Shown: positions 42,871 through 56,470 of the stretch, one piece after another
How positions within the stretch are numbered: the first letter of the stretch is position 1
Layout: each line of letters begins with the position of its first letter
NCBI RefSeq assembly: GCF_009914755.1
Contig: NC_060928.1
Direction: 5' to 3' (one strand)
DNA: 64,000 nt
Source: the human T2T-CHM13v2.0 reference genome, Homo sapiens
Made by a program: the position numbers and the translations under genes
The notes under the pieces: model-generated
Seen by the model: only the letters and a program-made list of their open reading frames with translations
What the model was told of the DNA's origin: nothing
Databases searched by the model: none

Positions 42871-45800
42871 GAGTACATTATAAATTTTTATCATGTGTAT
42901 ACGTAATATTATTTATAGGGATGAAGTGGAAAATCCAGATTCACAAATCAAATTCCTTTTATTCTTAATTCAAAAGTCCCAAGTTGACCAAAAGTGTTCT
43001 TGGAATAGTCTGGTGAGATTGTTTTAACAGTGACTGTTCCAATTAATGCTATTTGTATGTTCTTTCGATGTATTTTGTTCCTATCTCCTCTGTGGTGGAA
43101 AAAAAAAAACAAAACAGAATGATCCAATTTGAGCTGCATGCCTGTTTTTCTAAATGAGATTATTCAGTGGTTTAGTTAATCTTGAGTTGCCACAGGGCCA
43201 CAAATAGAATGAGGTAATATATTCTATCCTCACTAGCTCAGCCTCTTCTATTTTAATTTTTTAAAAGAAAAAAGATTTATGTTGTGGGAGAGGCAGAGGG
43301 TTTTAGACGATAACCATGAAGTATTAGGATCACAGGGGAGACAGTCTGTCTGTATGTGTGAATGTGAAATCCTATCTGTGCAGGTCACTGCCAGCATTGA
43401 AGGAGAGAGGGGCACGGCGCTTGTCCAGGAACTTCACTTTTTACTCCATCCAAGTGGGGAAAAAAGGAGTAGCCATTATGACCAATGCTACACATGAAAT
43501 CTTTGGTATTTTATGGATCTTTCTCCTGTGTGGAGGCACTTTTCTGGACCAGCTGACAGGCTTTCAATAGTCATGTCAATTCCCTTCTAATCTCTTTCAA
43601 ACTGTTAAGACACAACCAGCATCCTGCCTCCTATCATCCTCCCACCCCCTTCCCATACCTTTATTCTTGATGAAAGCTACTCTAAGGCTGTCCCTAGTCA
43701 AGGGACAGTGCTTTCAGGGAAAACACATTGGACTGCATACGCATTTGATCAAAAACATTTGAAATGTGCACAAAAGCAGCCAAGTCAGAAAAAGAAAAGG
43801 ACAGCTGCATAAAGATGTCATAGCTATAAAAGAGCTGGTTGTAAAAGCTCTGGCTAACCGAATGTCTAAGCTAAACAAAGCACAATTAAGGCCATCCTGT
43901 CCGTTTTTCCCATTCTATTCTATCTGTGCATATTAAACTCACTAATTAGTGCTGCATTGTTTTTCCAAATTCTAATTTCATTTCCATTTTCTTATGGTCC
44001 TGCTTTCATGTTTGCTAACACAGGCAAAAATATATCTTTGTATATTCTACTCTCCAATATATTTTACCCACTCTTCTTCTAAAGGTGCGCATTTTTACTA
44101 GGAATAAATATAGGAAAAATTGAATGTCTTGATGATTGACATTTTTATAAACTCAAAATTAAATGTAAGCCTATGATGCTAAGGCAGCATTGTTCAACAT
44201 TTTCCAGGATTATAACAAGCAAACCAAACAAAACAATAAAAGCTTAGCTAATTTGTCCATGAAATACCCTAAGGTTTTGTTATGTTTCCTATGAGTATGT
44301 TCTGATCACTGATACACTCAGGAGAAAGTGGCATTGGGTTATGTAGCCTGTCAGCTCCAAGGCAACTGAAAAAACAAAAGTCTGAGTAGAATATCAGCAA
44401 TCAAATAAGATAAAATTTAACAAGGCAAATAGCAGTGTACAAAGTAAGATGTGATACAATAAGATAATACAAACATTCATCAACAAGGAAAATCCCTGCA
44501 CCTCCTGTTACGCCAAACGAAAGCACAACAGCAGCTACGTGGAATTACCTTGAGATTCAGTCTCAAAGGTAATTGACAAATTACCTGAGTCTCAAAGGTG
44601 AGTCTCATAGGTAAGTCTCAAATTGACAAATCCAGTCAATTTGTCCTCTAAATTGAAAGTAATGTTGGACCCTTTACCCTCTAGGCAAAAACCAATTCTG
44701 AATGACTGTGGCCTTAAGCCTCTATGAGACTAAAGAGAGATGATTGATAAAACAATGGGTTTGGAAAGGTCTGCAGAGGAATTCCTCTAAAAGGGAAATT
44801 CATATGCTAGTATCATCCCCAATCTTGAAGTTTGAGAAACTAGAGGGCATAGAGGTTCCCTGACGTTTGGAGATAAAGCATAACTGTAAAAATACTGAGA
44901 ATAAAATAATAATATATCTATTTGTCAATCTATCAGCTATCACTAAAATGACTGCTAATTGAGATATTTTATTTAAAAAATACTAAATTAATGGAAAAAT
45001 AGCTCAAGAACATAAAATAACTGACTTTTATTTTATGTTGTGGTGTTATTCCTATCATTAGCTCATATTATTTAAGAGCTAAAAGAGACACGTTCATGTG
45101 AACAGACAAGTTACTATTCTTGTATCATTTTTATTCATGAATATTTTATGGTGTGTTCAGTAAGTCAACATGCAAAATATACATCTGTAATTATTTTTCT
45201 GTAGTTTTCATTATTCTTTTAAATATATATTAACCGACACTCTAACCAAGTGCATTGTGAAAATATGTTAATATAAATGTTTACGTAATTCTTTTGTGTA
45301 CTTGGTAATGTTGATTCTCCTTTTTTATTCAATTTTTTATAGATACTTTTATTTGCTTTCAGAGTATACATTAATATAAATGAGCTCTTCTACATTTTAT
45401 TTCATTATTAAGCATAAAATAGCTTGATGACTGGTTAATTAACATAAATATAAAAATATTTTGTTTCTAACAGTTTGATTAGAAAATGAATCTTTTTCTT
45501 ATAATTGAGGAGAAACAGTGTCAATATTTTAGTAATATTTAATGAAGTCTACAATTAAAAATTCAGAAGGACTTGGATTATATAAATTGTTCCAGGAATT
45601 AGGTATTTGGATTAACCACTTGTAACTTAAAATATTTTTATTAAAATATTTAAAATCACAGTTGCATTTTCTTCTACTTGAGAAAGCATACTCCAGTAAT
45701 TGCAGCTGGCTGGTTTTTCAAATTGTAGCTGTTTTTTTAATTCCCTTTGGAGTCGTGGTCTTAAAGTACTTCAGGATTATCAATTGTCACATTTTACAAT

Positions 45801-47379
45801 CTTGCTTAAGAATATGAGGCTGAGTGCATACTCACCCCTGAACAACATACCAAAAAATCTCTTTGGTACTCTTTCATTTTTCCAAAGTTGTTTCTCTTTC
45901 ATAAAGAGGAAAGTGTCTGTGTATGTATTAACATATGCATAGCCATCCTTATCCATATTAACAGACAAAGATTGTTTCTATTCTTGTTCATTGGTTTTTA
46001 GATAACAAAGGATTTATTTTTAGACATATTTTAATTGCATGTTATATCTCCTAATATCTTTTACATCTTCTAATACTCATACTAATAATCTGATCATTCC
46101 TAATTATGCACTAGAGGTCTAATTCTTAGCACTCACTATAATAGACTTTATAGACACCAGTTGCTTTCATTCCAGAACCATAAAATGTTCCCAGTGAATT
46201 AATATTGATCAAATTAATGCAACAAAACATCTCATTATTCATTGTATATTCTAAATACTGCATGGTTAAAAATTTCTGTCCAGTCTTCATTGATGGTTAC
46301 TTCTCTGATGAATACAGGCCTGATTAACTAATCACCCTATTTGAATTTTTTCATTCTTTTGTAATCTATATTTTGAAGTATTTGTGGCTTAAACTGTTGA
46401 GTTTAGTACCCAATTTTAATGATCTGACTTGCTTTCAATCAAATTGAAAAAAATTGTGAACACATGTATCTACATTTTCTATAAGGTCCATTATGTTATT
46501 CATAATTGTTATTTTTAATGACTTCTTATGCATTTCTTTAACAAGAAAAATAACACTCTTGTATTCACTACTCAAGTGATAATCAAAATCTTTAACAGCT
46601 TGCTAAATAGCACTAAGGGATGAAAGTCAGAACTACATTGCAAAACCTCTGAATCCTAGGCAAATACTTGGCAGACCTGTTGCTCCTACCCAATGGGCAC
46701 CTTTCATAGCTATCAACAAGCATTTGCCACAGTCTCCACTGAGCACATACTCTGCCTACCAATCTGTCTCCACGGTTTGCTGCAGAAAGCCACAATCAAC
46801 TGAAAGCAGCTGGCAAGTAAGATAAAACTCGATGGCCATCCAAGATAGCACATTACAATTTCTGTGATGTGACCCCTTCCTGGCTTTACAAAAGTATCTC
46901 TTTTAACATATTTCCATATTTGTTTCACTATACCAATTGTCTCATGGTTTTCTATCAGCCCACCTCATTTTTAATACTCCATTGTAAAAATGAAATATTA
47001 CTTACAAAGCCTTTAAAGGTAAAGTGGGGCATTTCTTACATTTCTTTATTAATAAGTCAGCCATTTGTTTATCTCACCAACTACACAATGAGACTTGAAA
47101 ATACGGATAATATTCTATTCACTTGTCAATCATAGGCCAAGAAATCAATAACAGGAGTGCCGGAGGCACATATTAGAGAATTATTCAATATATTAAAAAG
47201 TTAATGACTCAGTGACATCTAATTCTCTTAAATTTATATAGGGGCACCAGATTTATAATTTCCTATTAATTAAATTATGATAACTTGAACTGTGCTTGGC
47301 TAATTAATTGCATATTAATACATTATAATATAACTATTATAAAATAATAATGTATACATAAATACTTTAATCATTTGTT

Positions 47380-47930
47380 ACTAATAAAGTTATATTTTTA
47401 TTACAAAAGTAATAAATGAAAGCTGTACCAGTTCAAACTAGCAAAAGGTAATGTAAAAGTCAACATTCTCCACTCCTATCTTACTCTGCCTAAAGTAACC
47501 ATCATTAACATTTTCGTATGTATGATTCTATGCATATATAATATCTTCTTATTCGCCTTACTGTTTTAAAATACAGTATATATTTTTACTATATTGTAGT
47601 TCTATTTCCAGACAGCAAATACATGTAGAGAATTTTCCTTCTTTTTAATGGCTACCCTATGAAGAAGTATCACAATGACCTCAATCAATACTCAACTGAA
47701 TATTTTGGTAAGTTATTTTAAGTTATCTTATTTTGTTTTGTTATTATTACAAACAAAGCTTCAATGATACATTCAAATATTTATTTTATTTCTACTAAAT
47801 AGATCCTTAGAAGTGAATTTGATCCACCAAAGTTGAATGCATACTGATATTTTGATAATTACTGACAGATCATGGCAATTTATACTCACACTAAAACTTC
47901 ATGGCTTTAGTTCTGAAACCCTGACATTTC
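47380..47930 (-). mobile_element. Old L1ME-type fragment
   Basis: Antisense motifs AAGTAACCATCATTAACA, TTTTTAATGGCT, ATTACAAACAAAGCT, CAATTTATACTCACAC. Confidence 0.55.
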
Positions 47931-47989
47931 CTGAATGCATCAATATTTTTTGTGTGCAGAGGGTATGTTTAAGTTACTAAGCATTTATC

Positions 47990-48730
47990 TTATAATGGTT
48001 TTAGGTTTACAGGATTATTACAAAGATAGTGCAGAGATTTACCAAATACCCCACACACAGTTTTTTCTAATATTAACTTCTTACATTAGTATTGTACATT
48101 TTTTACAATTAATGAACCAATATGAATACATTCTTATTACCTAAAGTCCTCTTTGTAACATTTCCTTAGTTTGTTTTTTCTTTTCTAATTTGCTCTTTCT
48201 AGTCTGCAATACTACAAGGCATTTAGTCATCCTATTCATTAGGCTTCTCTTGGCTATAAGAATTGTTCAGACTTTCCCTGTTATGAGTCCACATTGATAT
48301 AAATAAATGATTGAATAAACAATAAATAGAGATGAATAGTCAAATCTCCTATACAGAAAAACTCCAAATACTTTATGTAGATAAGCTGACCTCAGTTAGG
48401 GGGAGTATAACTCCTTACCCCTCCAGCATGGGTTGTACGTAGACACCTTCTTTCAAAAAGTATTATGAAAAGGGAGAAAGCAAAAGAGTAACTTTACAAT
48501 GGATAAATTTGACAGATGCTACCCCAAACTATATGATCAGTTAATTATGTAAACAGTGATACATTATATTGATACTGTACTCTTCATATGATATGATGAA
48601 GATGGCACTTTACCTCTGTAGACTCCCTTTCCCAAAAACCCATCATAATCATGAGAAAAATATCAGAAAATTACAATTGAGGATCATTGTATAAAATGCC
48701 TGACCTATAATTCTCAAACTGTGAAGTTTT
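47990..48730. mobile_element. Old L1MB/MC 3'UTR fragments in opposite orientations
   Basis: Antisense piece (CAAAGATAGTGCAGAGA..TTAATGAACCAAT) to ~48285, then a sense piece (GATATGATGAAGATGGCACTTTACCTCTGT..CATAATCATGAGAAAAATATCAGA). Confidence 0.55.
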
Positions 48731-50750
48731 TAAATGTTTATGAATCTGATTAATTTTAAAAAAACAAATAGTGATGTTTCACTAATTCTATTTCGTAAAG
48801 TGCATAAGATCTGAAAATTGAATTACTAATTCCCACAGTATATTGTGCATCTTAGGACTTAAAAACAGTTCAATGCATGAATGAATCAGCTGTTCCTTAG
48901 TCCTTGTTAAAGACACTAATCTAATAATTTCAATTTGTTATGTTTCTTTTTTCATGTCCTACTTAAGCATTTCTAGACTCTTGAAGAAACACAGTGCATG
49001 GGGAGGTAGGAGATGCTCTGCATTGTAATATTGTAAATTTGATTCCCTTTGAATAGTGGCTGTCATGTTTGGAACACTTTTTTTGTAAACTTCATAATTT
49101 TTATATCTATTTGGATATTTACGGACTGTTCTAACTACCAGAATGCAAAATACTTTGCTTAAAATCATGCACACACATTACAAAATCCCATAAACAACGT
49201 TTTGTTTTTCAGTTTTAAGCATAAAAGACACAAACAATATCACATATGGGGGAGCAAATGGAAAGAGCATTTGCCAATGCCTGGGGTGTTTGGCAATATT
49301 AATGCTTGGTGCAATCTTTTGAAGAATTCCAAAGCGTGTGGCAAACTGTTCCCATGCACGTGTTATAGCCAGGGACACAGCTGTACTGTAATGATGGGTC
49401 ACCTGGAGTATATGTAACACTGAACTAAAATCTGTAAAGACTGGATTCTCCTCCTTACTCTTCTGATTTGCTAAGCAGCTTGCATTCTTCCTTTATATCT
49501 TCACTCAAATATCCCCTTATTAAAAAGAGTGTTATAAGATTAGTAAAATGTATTCTGCAAAGTACTTGGAGATCCCAGGAAACAAGCTTTGCGTAAATAC
49601 TATGTGTATTGTGACCAAAATCACCAATAATTTCCCTGATAATTTTCACAAATTCTCTTTGGCATAACCCTCATACCACACTTCCTACTAGCATAAACAT
49701 AAAATAACATTTTTTTCTTGAAAAAATACAAGTATTCAGGATTTGGCACTATCATTTAGTGTTTGTTATTTGTGTTTTTGCATGTGTATGTGTTTCCCCT
49801 GAAAACTTTTTGACTATTTTTTTAACCTTTCCGAATGCCATGGGAAATATATAACAGCGAAAACAATACAACTTTTCTAGGTCAATGAAAACCTGTCATA
49901 TACAATAATGTAAAAATGAAAAACTTATTTCAAACAAATGCAATAATGTGTTGCCAAATTGACCTTCTCTTCAGGAAGAATATTATAAAAATTGTACCAG
50001 TAGTTAGATACACATGATATGGGTCATATCTGTCTCAGATATGGAGAAATTTGGCCAAAAGGAAAAATGTTAGGAAAGCATATCCAGCTATATATTAAAT
50101 AAAGTTGGTTTAGAAAATCGTGCATTAATGGAGAAGTCAGCTATTAATATTATTAAAAAACCAGAGGCATATTAGCACATTAGTAAGAATGAGATAGATT
50201 GGCAATAAATTGTGCAATAAATTTCTTTATTGCAGATATCTATGGCTAGCATGACTATTTCATTTGCCGTATACTAAATGACATTTCACTAATCCTTGGC
50301 TTTTTTTATATATGAACACTACTAACTTACTAACCTTTCATAGACTGATATGAACACTGATATTTTATACCTCAGTACAGTCTCATGTTATCACAAGTTA
50401 ATGTCTAGTAATATAATGAAAAAATTTATCTAAAGTCATGAGCAAACTCCTCTTACAATTACTATTTGTTTGTATGAATGCAATACAGCCCTGTAAAGAA
50501 AATCGATCAGCCAACATCAACAATCAAGGACTCACAGAAAATATATAACAATCTTTTTAAATGTTATGAATTCAAGCTTGAACTCTGTACTAATTTTTAT
50601 ATGTTCATGAGAACATATCAGGCTTTTTCATAAAACATATCCTAAAGAACTCTGATTGTCACTTTGGCAGTTTCCAAGAGTTGCAGTTGTCTAACTTTCA
50701 CTAGAACTTAATTGAAAACCTACTCGTTGATCAAGCATTATATGAAACAT

Positions 50751-50775
50751 ACACACACACACACACACACACACA
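50751..50775. repeat. (CA)n microsatellite
   Basis: About 12 CA units seen directly. Confidence 0.9.
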
Positions 50776-51454
50776 ACAAATATAAAATGTTTAAACATGC
50801 TGCAGAGAGGAATTTTAAGGGAAAAAAAGATGTTTCAAACATTTTCAAGAATTAAGTTAAAAATTACCTGCTTTAACTTGATGAAAACTTCATTAATGGT
50901 TTTATAGTTGCAATAAAAACATATCCTACATAGCTGCTTCTCTTTTTTTCTTTTTCAGTTTGAGGAAAGGCCAAAGAAAACCTAGAAGCAGGGAACTAAT
51001 TATAAGACTTTATTTTTTCTTTTTCTTCAGTTTTTGGATATAATTTAGAAAGAGAGATACTAGAAAATGAAAGCCACAGGCTTCTCAGAAACTTAAGAGT
51101 GTTCATCAGTTAAATTTAGTGTAAAGTAAGTGGCAGACATTGTTTTAGGGAGACCAGAAATGTAGAATATATCCAGTTCTTGGACTAGCTGACAATATAA
51201 AGGTATTGATGTGAAGTCTAGAAGACTTTATGCCAATTCACCATGAAATTGGAGAAGCTTCTGCAAGTCTTCTTCACACCTTTCCCACAGTACATTTTCA
51301 ATTTGGAATGATATGGGATATATAAAACATTAATTAATCTATTACTCTTAAGTCCATATGTCTCCCATTGAGTAGTTTAAAAACACCCAGATTGTCTTGA
51401 AATTGTCCCCATGGCATATGCAATTTATGGCAGTAAGGCATGGATTTCAGTATC

Positions 51455-53060
51455 TTTTTTTAGTAGGTTTTCTTTTCAGAGCAGTTTAAATTTCCAGATA
51501 AAATGCATAGAAAACACAAAGAGCTGCTCAATAATTGCCTCCACCCCTCCAAACACAGTTTCCCTCATTATCATTAATGTATTGCATGAATGTAGCACAT
51601 CTGTTACAACTGATAAACCAACCTTGATATATTAATATTATTAACTAAAGTTCATAGTTTACATTGGGCTTCACTCTTTTTGTTGTATGGTTGCATGGGT
51701 TTTGACAAATGCATAATTCCATGTATCCACCATTAGAATATCATATCAAATAGTTTTGGTTACCCCAAAATGCCCTATACTCCACCTATTCACCCCTTCT
51801 CCACCTCTTCCTGAATCCTTAGCAATCCTTAATCTTTTCACTGTCTCTCTGGTTTCCCTTTTTTAGAAAACCATGTTTTCTAGAAAATTGGTTGTGATCA
51901 TACAGTGGGGAGCCTCTTCACATTGGCTTCTTCCACTTTGCAGTATGCATTTAAGCTTCCTCTATGTCCTTTTGTGGTTCAGTAGTTCATTTTGTTTTAT
52001 CCCTGAATAAAATTCCACTTTGTAAATGTACCATAATTTGTTTATTCATTCACTTACAGAAAGACATCTTAGCTGCTTCCAAATAAGTGGCAATCAACAG
52101 TCAACATCCATGTGCAGGTTTTGTGTAGACCTAAGTTTTCAACTCCTTTGGGTAAATGTCAAGGAGCACAATTGCTGGATTATATGGTAAAAGTGTGTTT
52201 AGTTTCATAAGAAACTGACAAACCGTTTCCCAGAGTGATTGTACCATTTTGCATTCCCACCAGCAATTCATGAAAATCCCTGGTGCTTTACATGTTCCTC
52301 AGCATTTGGTATTTTCAGTATTTTAGATTTTAGCTATTCTAGTAGGTGCGTAGGCATATCTCATATTGTTTTAATTTGCAATTCTCGAACGATAGAAGAT
52401 GGTAAATATTTGCCATCTGTTTATCTCCTTTCTTAAGGTGTCTAGATCATTTGCCCATTTTTAAATTGGGTTTTTCATTTTATTGTTGAGTTTTAAGAGT
52501 TCTCTGTATATTTCAGATACAACTCTTAATTAGATATGCTTTTTTCCCAATATCTTCTCCCAGTCTTTGACTTGGGTTTTCATTCCCTTGGCAGCATCTT
52601 TTTTGCAGGACAGAACTTTTAAATTTTAGTGTAGTTATCTTATCATTTTCTACTATATTATCTTCTACAAATTATATGGTTTTACATTTTAGATGTAGGT
52701 ATGTCATCTTTTGAGTTAATTTATTTGAAAGTGGTAATGCTGTATCTAGATTCATTTTTTTTGCATCTAAATGTCCAGTTGTTTCAGCAGCAGTTGTTTA
52801 AAAACACTGTCCTTTCTCCATTGATTGTTTTTACATTATTATCAAATTTTTCTTGATTATATTTTCATGAGTATATTTCTGAGATCTTTATTCATTTCCA
52901 CTGATATATTTGTCTGTTGTTTTACCAATGCCACACTGTCTTGATTTCTACAGCTTTATGGTAAATCTTGAAGTCAGGCAATATTAACCCTCTGACTCTT
53001 TTCTGCTACAATTATGTGTTAGCTGTCTTGAGTCTTTTGCCTTTCTATATAAACTTTAAA
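51455..53060 (-). mobile_element. L1MC/MB-type 3' region
   Basis: Antisense L1 3'UTR and ORF2 end: TGGGTTTTGACAAATGCATA, GTACCATTTTGCATTCCCACCAGCA, TGTTGAGTTTTAAGAGTTCT, AATCTTGAAGTCAGG. Confidence 0.8.
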
Positions 53061-54031
53061 ATGATTATTAAATGACTATTCTTATGATACTACAATGGGA
53101 TAGAATAGTCTTTTCTCTCCTTAATATCTATTTTCTCTGGGTCATGTCTCTTCTATTTGTTTATCTTGATCATTTTCTTTTAAGTTCTTCCTTTCTTCAA
53201 ATGGTGGTTTTTCTAGGTTGTCGATTTGTACTTGATAATAAAGCAATGAAAATACTTTGCTGCATCTATATGGGTGTGGCTTATTTGCTAGTGAGCATCT
53301 ATACTTCTGTGTGTATGTATGTGTAGGAGCTGAACTTTAATTTTTTCAATGCCCCAAATAAGAGAACACTGAACATTTATTTTTGGACCTCAACTTTCAC
53401 ACTAGGTCCCATCAAAGTGTTCATTAAATTTTTCAGAAGCGTCTCTGTCTGTATTTGTTTTCATTAAGTTTAGCTTCACTTGGTTTTGCCTGAGGGGTAG
53501 CTGTAAGCAGATGTGGTTGTCACTTATTCTTCATATAGATTTTCCAGTGACCTAATGCCTGTCTCATGCATCATTTCTACTTTTCTTCACACCTGATAGC
53601 TCTAATATTTGAAGGGTCTCTGTGTTCTTCAGAAGCAGCTACCTCCCTCCATGACCATATGCATTGTGACTGGGCCATTCGCAGCTGCAGATTCCTCAGT
53701 CCTGCTCCACCACTAACAACTCATCCATCCATGTTCTTTTCTTCAGATATACCCTAAATCTCTCTACTATTTTTGTCATTTGTGAATTTTGCCATTCTAG
53801 ATATTTTCATATATCCTAAATTAATGTTCCCAAAGCCTAAAATTTTTAACCACCGACTCTATCCATGGTTAGACTGTGTCTGAGAGGTGATTAAATGAAG
53901 CGGAATATCATTGTACAATATATATGTCATAATTGCAGCTTACATAATACAGATAGAATGGTCCTGGTTTTACCAAGGGAAATGCTCTCTTACTGTTACT
54001 GTATTTTCTGGGATCCGATGATTTGGTATAG

Positions 54032-54429
<398 letters not shown>

Positions 54430-55119
54430 GTGGTTTTTCTTAATGGTATTCTTACATTTTGTGTTGACATCTCTGGTTATTATGACCCACTGAATAAAAT
54501 TTAGCCTATTTTGCTCAAATATCTTTCCCTTGTCTAAGATTTCAACATAATATTTTGTTGCACCAACATCAACTGCTTTTAAATGCTACTGTTTACCATT
54601 AGTTATGTAATATTTCACACTAACTCATTAACCAGAGCTAGTTTCTAGTTTCTATTATGCTTGTAGTAAACAAACATAGCATTGAAGTATTGTGCTTTGG
54701 GAGGAAATTTTATCTTCACTACTTGCAAGGATCCCTTTTTCTTCATTAACAACCTCAGGTTCAAATAACCTATGTTCCAGAGAATATTTTTCACCCACTC
54801 TTTGGTCAGTAAACAAGAAATTAGGGTTATGTAATTTTTGGACACTGTGGGTACAGCCTCCAGAGATACTTCAGGTTCTCAGTCACGTTAGCTCCTTTTT
54901 TTAAGAGGGTCTGGGTATGTATGTTTCATCCCACATGTCTAACATCCCTAGTAATATGTCAGTGCCTGGTGAGGTGAGATTTCCAGGAAAGCTTTTCAGA
55001 TACTTAATCTCAATCAACAAATACTAGAATTTTAGAACTAAAGAGATGTTTAAGTCATCCCTTTGGTTTTTGTTAGGATATAGTGAGATTTTTAAAATTA
55101 GTCTGCACATTCTCCTTGC

Positions 55120-56470
55120 ATTTAATTCATTACTTTCACAAGGATGTATTGAGCTTCTGCCATATAGGCACTTTTTTAAGTTCTAATGATCCAATGGGAA
55201 AATCAAAGTCCCTGCTCTCTGAAGCTGATAGTCTTGTGATGCAGAAAGCAAATTGAAAACAATAAAAAATAATAAAATGTCTAGTTGTGTTATATGTTGT
55301 TTAAAAGTAAAATAAGGTAATGTATAGAGAATGATGGGAAAAATTGTTAAAATGGTTGGTTAGTAAAGGAGATGTTTAAGAAAAATTTTAGATGGAATGA
55401 AAAGTGAACAGTATGTAGATCTTTGGATCAAGAATGCCAGGCAAAGAGCAGGAAGAGCAAAATTCTGAAGTGAGAACAAACTTAGTATTTGTGAGATGAG
55501 CATAAAGGTAATGGTAGCTTCAGCTGAGTGAGAATAAAAGTCATGAGATGATTGTGATAAGATACACATAAGAACATCATAGGCCTGATTGGATCTTACT
55601 CTGAATGAGCTATTCCACTAATTAGAAGTTTATGCTCCAAGGGAATGACATATCTAGCTTATGGTTTGTTTTTTTCTTTTTTAAATCAACTTTTAAGTTC
55701 CAAAGTACAAGTGCGGGATGTACAGATTTTCTACATAGGTAAACGTGTGCCATGGTAGCTTGCTGCACAGATCAACCCACACCTAGGTATGAAGCTCAGA
55801 ACCCATTAGCTATGTTTTCTGATGATCTCCTTCCCTCCACCCCCACTTCCACTCTTGTCCTACATCTACAATTTTTTCTCAAGGGAGTCAAATGGATTTT
55901 TATGTGCTTAGGCACATGGATTTTTATCCATTTGACTGCCTTGAGCAAAATTGTACATGTAGGGCAAGAGTGGAAGTAGCAAAATCTTTAAAAGTTTTTC
56001 TTAGAACTAGAAGAGAAATTATGGTGACTTGGACTAGGGTGCTACAGCTTTGAAGATGATAAAAGTGGCCATATATGGAACATATTTTGGAGGCAGCAAT
56101 GATAGAAGTTATTTATATGGTTATAATAGGAGGTTATATTATATGGTTATATTATATTATATTATACGGTTATAATAGAAGGAGAGGAAGCAAGGATGGT
56201 TTCTTTTGGCCAAGGCAGCAGGTGGTGCCAACATTTGCTAAAATGCAAAAGATTAGAGGTGTAATAGATTTATCAGAGGAGTATAAAGAGTTCCAGTTTG
56301 GATGTGTTGGTTTTTTATTAGCCATCTAAATGGACATTTAGAGTAGAAAATGGGCTATGTGAGTGAATCTGTAGTTCAAAGGAGTGGTCAGGGCTAGATG
56401 ATACATTTGAAAGTCATCAACATATAGATATGATATAAAGACTTACCTCCATTAAAATCATGTGTGTAAA
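55120..56470 (-). mobile_element. L2 fragment, interrupted at ~55670-55850 by an antisense L1PA 3' tip
   Basis: TATTGAGCTTCTGCCATATAGGCAC, AAAGTCCCTGCTCTC, GAGTTCCAGTTTGGATGTGTTG, GTGGTCAGGGCTAGAT; the L1 tip has TACATAGGTAAACGTGTGCCATGGT. Confidence 0.7.

Noticed and set aside
44543-44645. Short repeats with spacers resembling a CRISPR array
   Set aside because: Eukaryotic context, irregular 8-12 bp units, no constant spacer length and no cas genes.
51221-51272. Imperfect hairpin GAAGACTT...CCAATT...AATTGG...AAGTCTTC
   Set aside because: Stems are short and interrupted; no match to a known RNA family that I can recognise.
55502-55516. 15-bp match ATAAAGGTAATGGTA to the minus strand of the transduced segment (~41025-41039)
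   Set aside because: Does not extend; a few matches of this length are expected by chance in 64 kb of AT-rich DNA.
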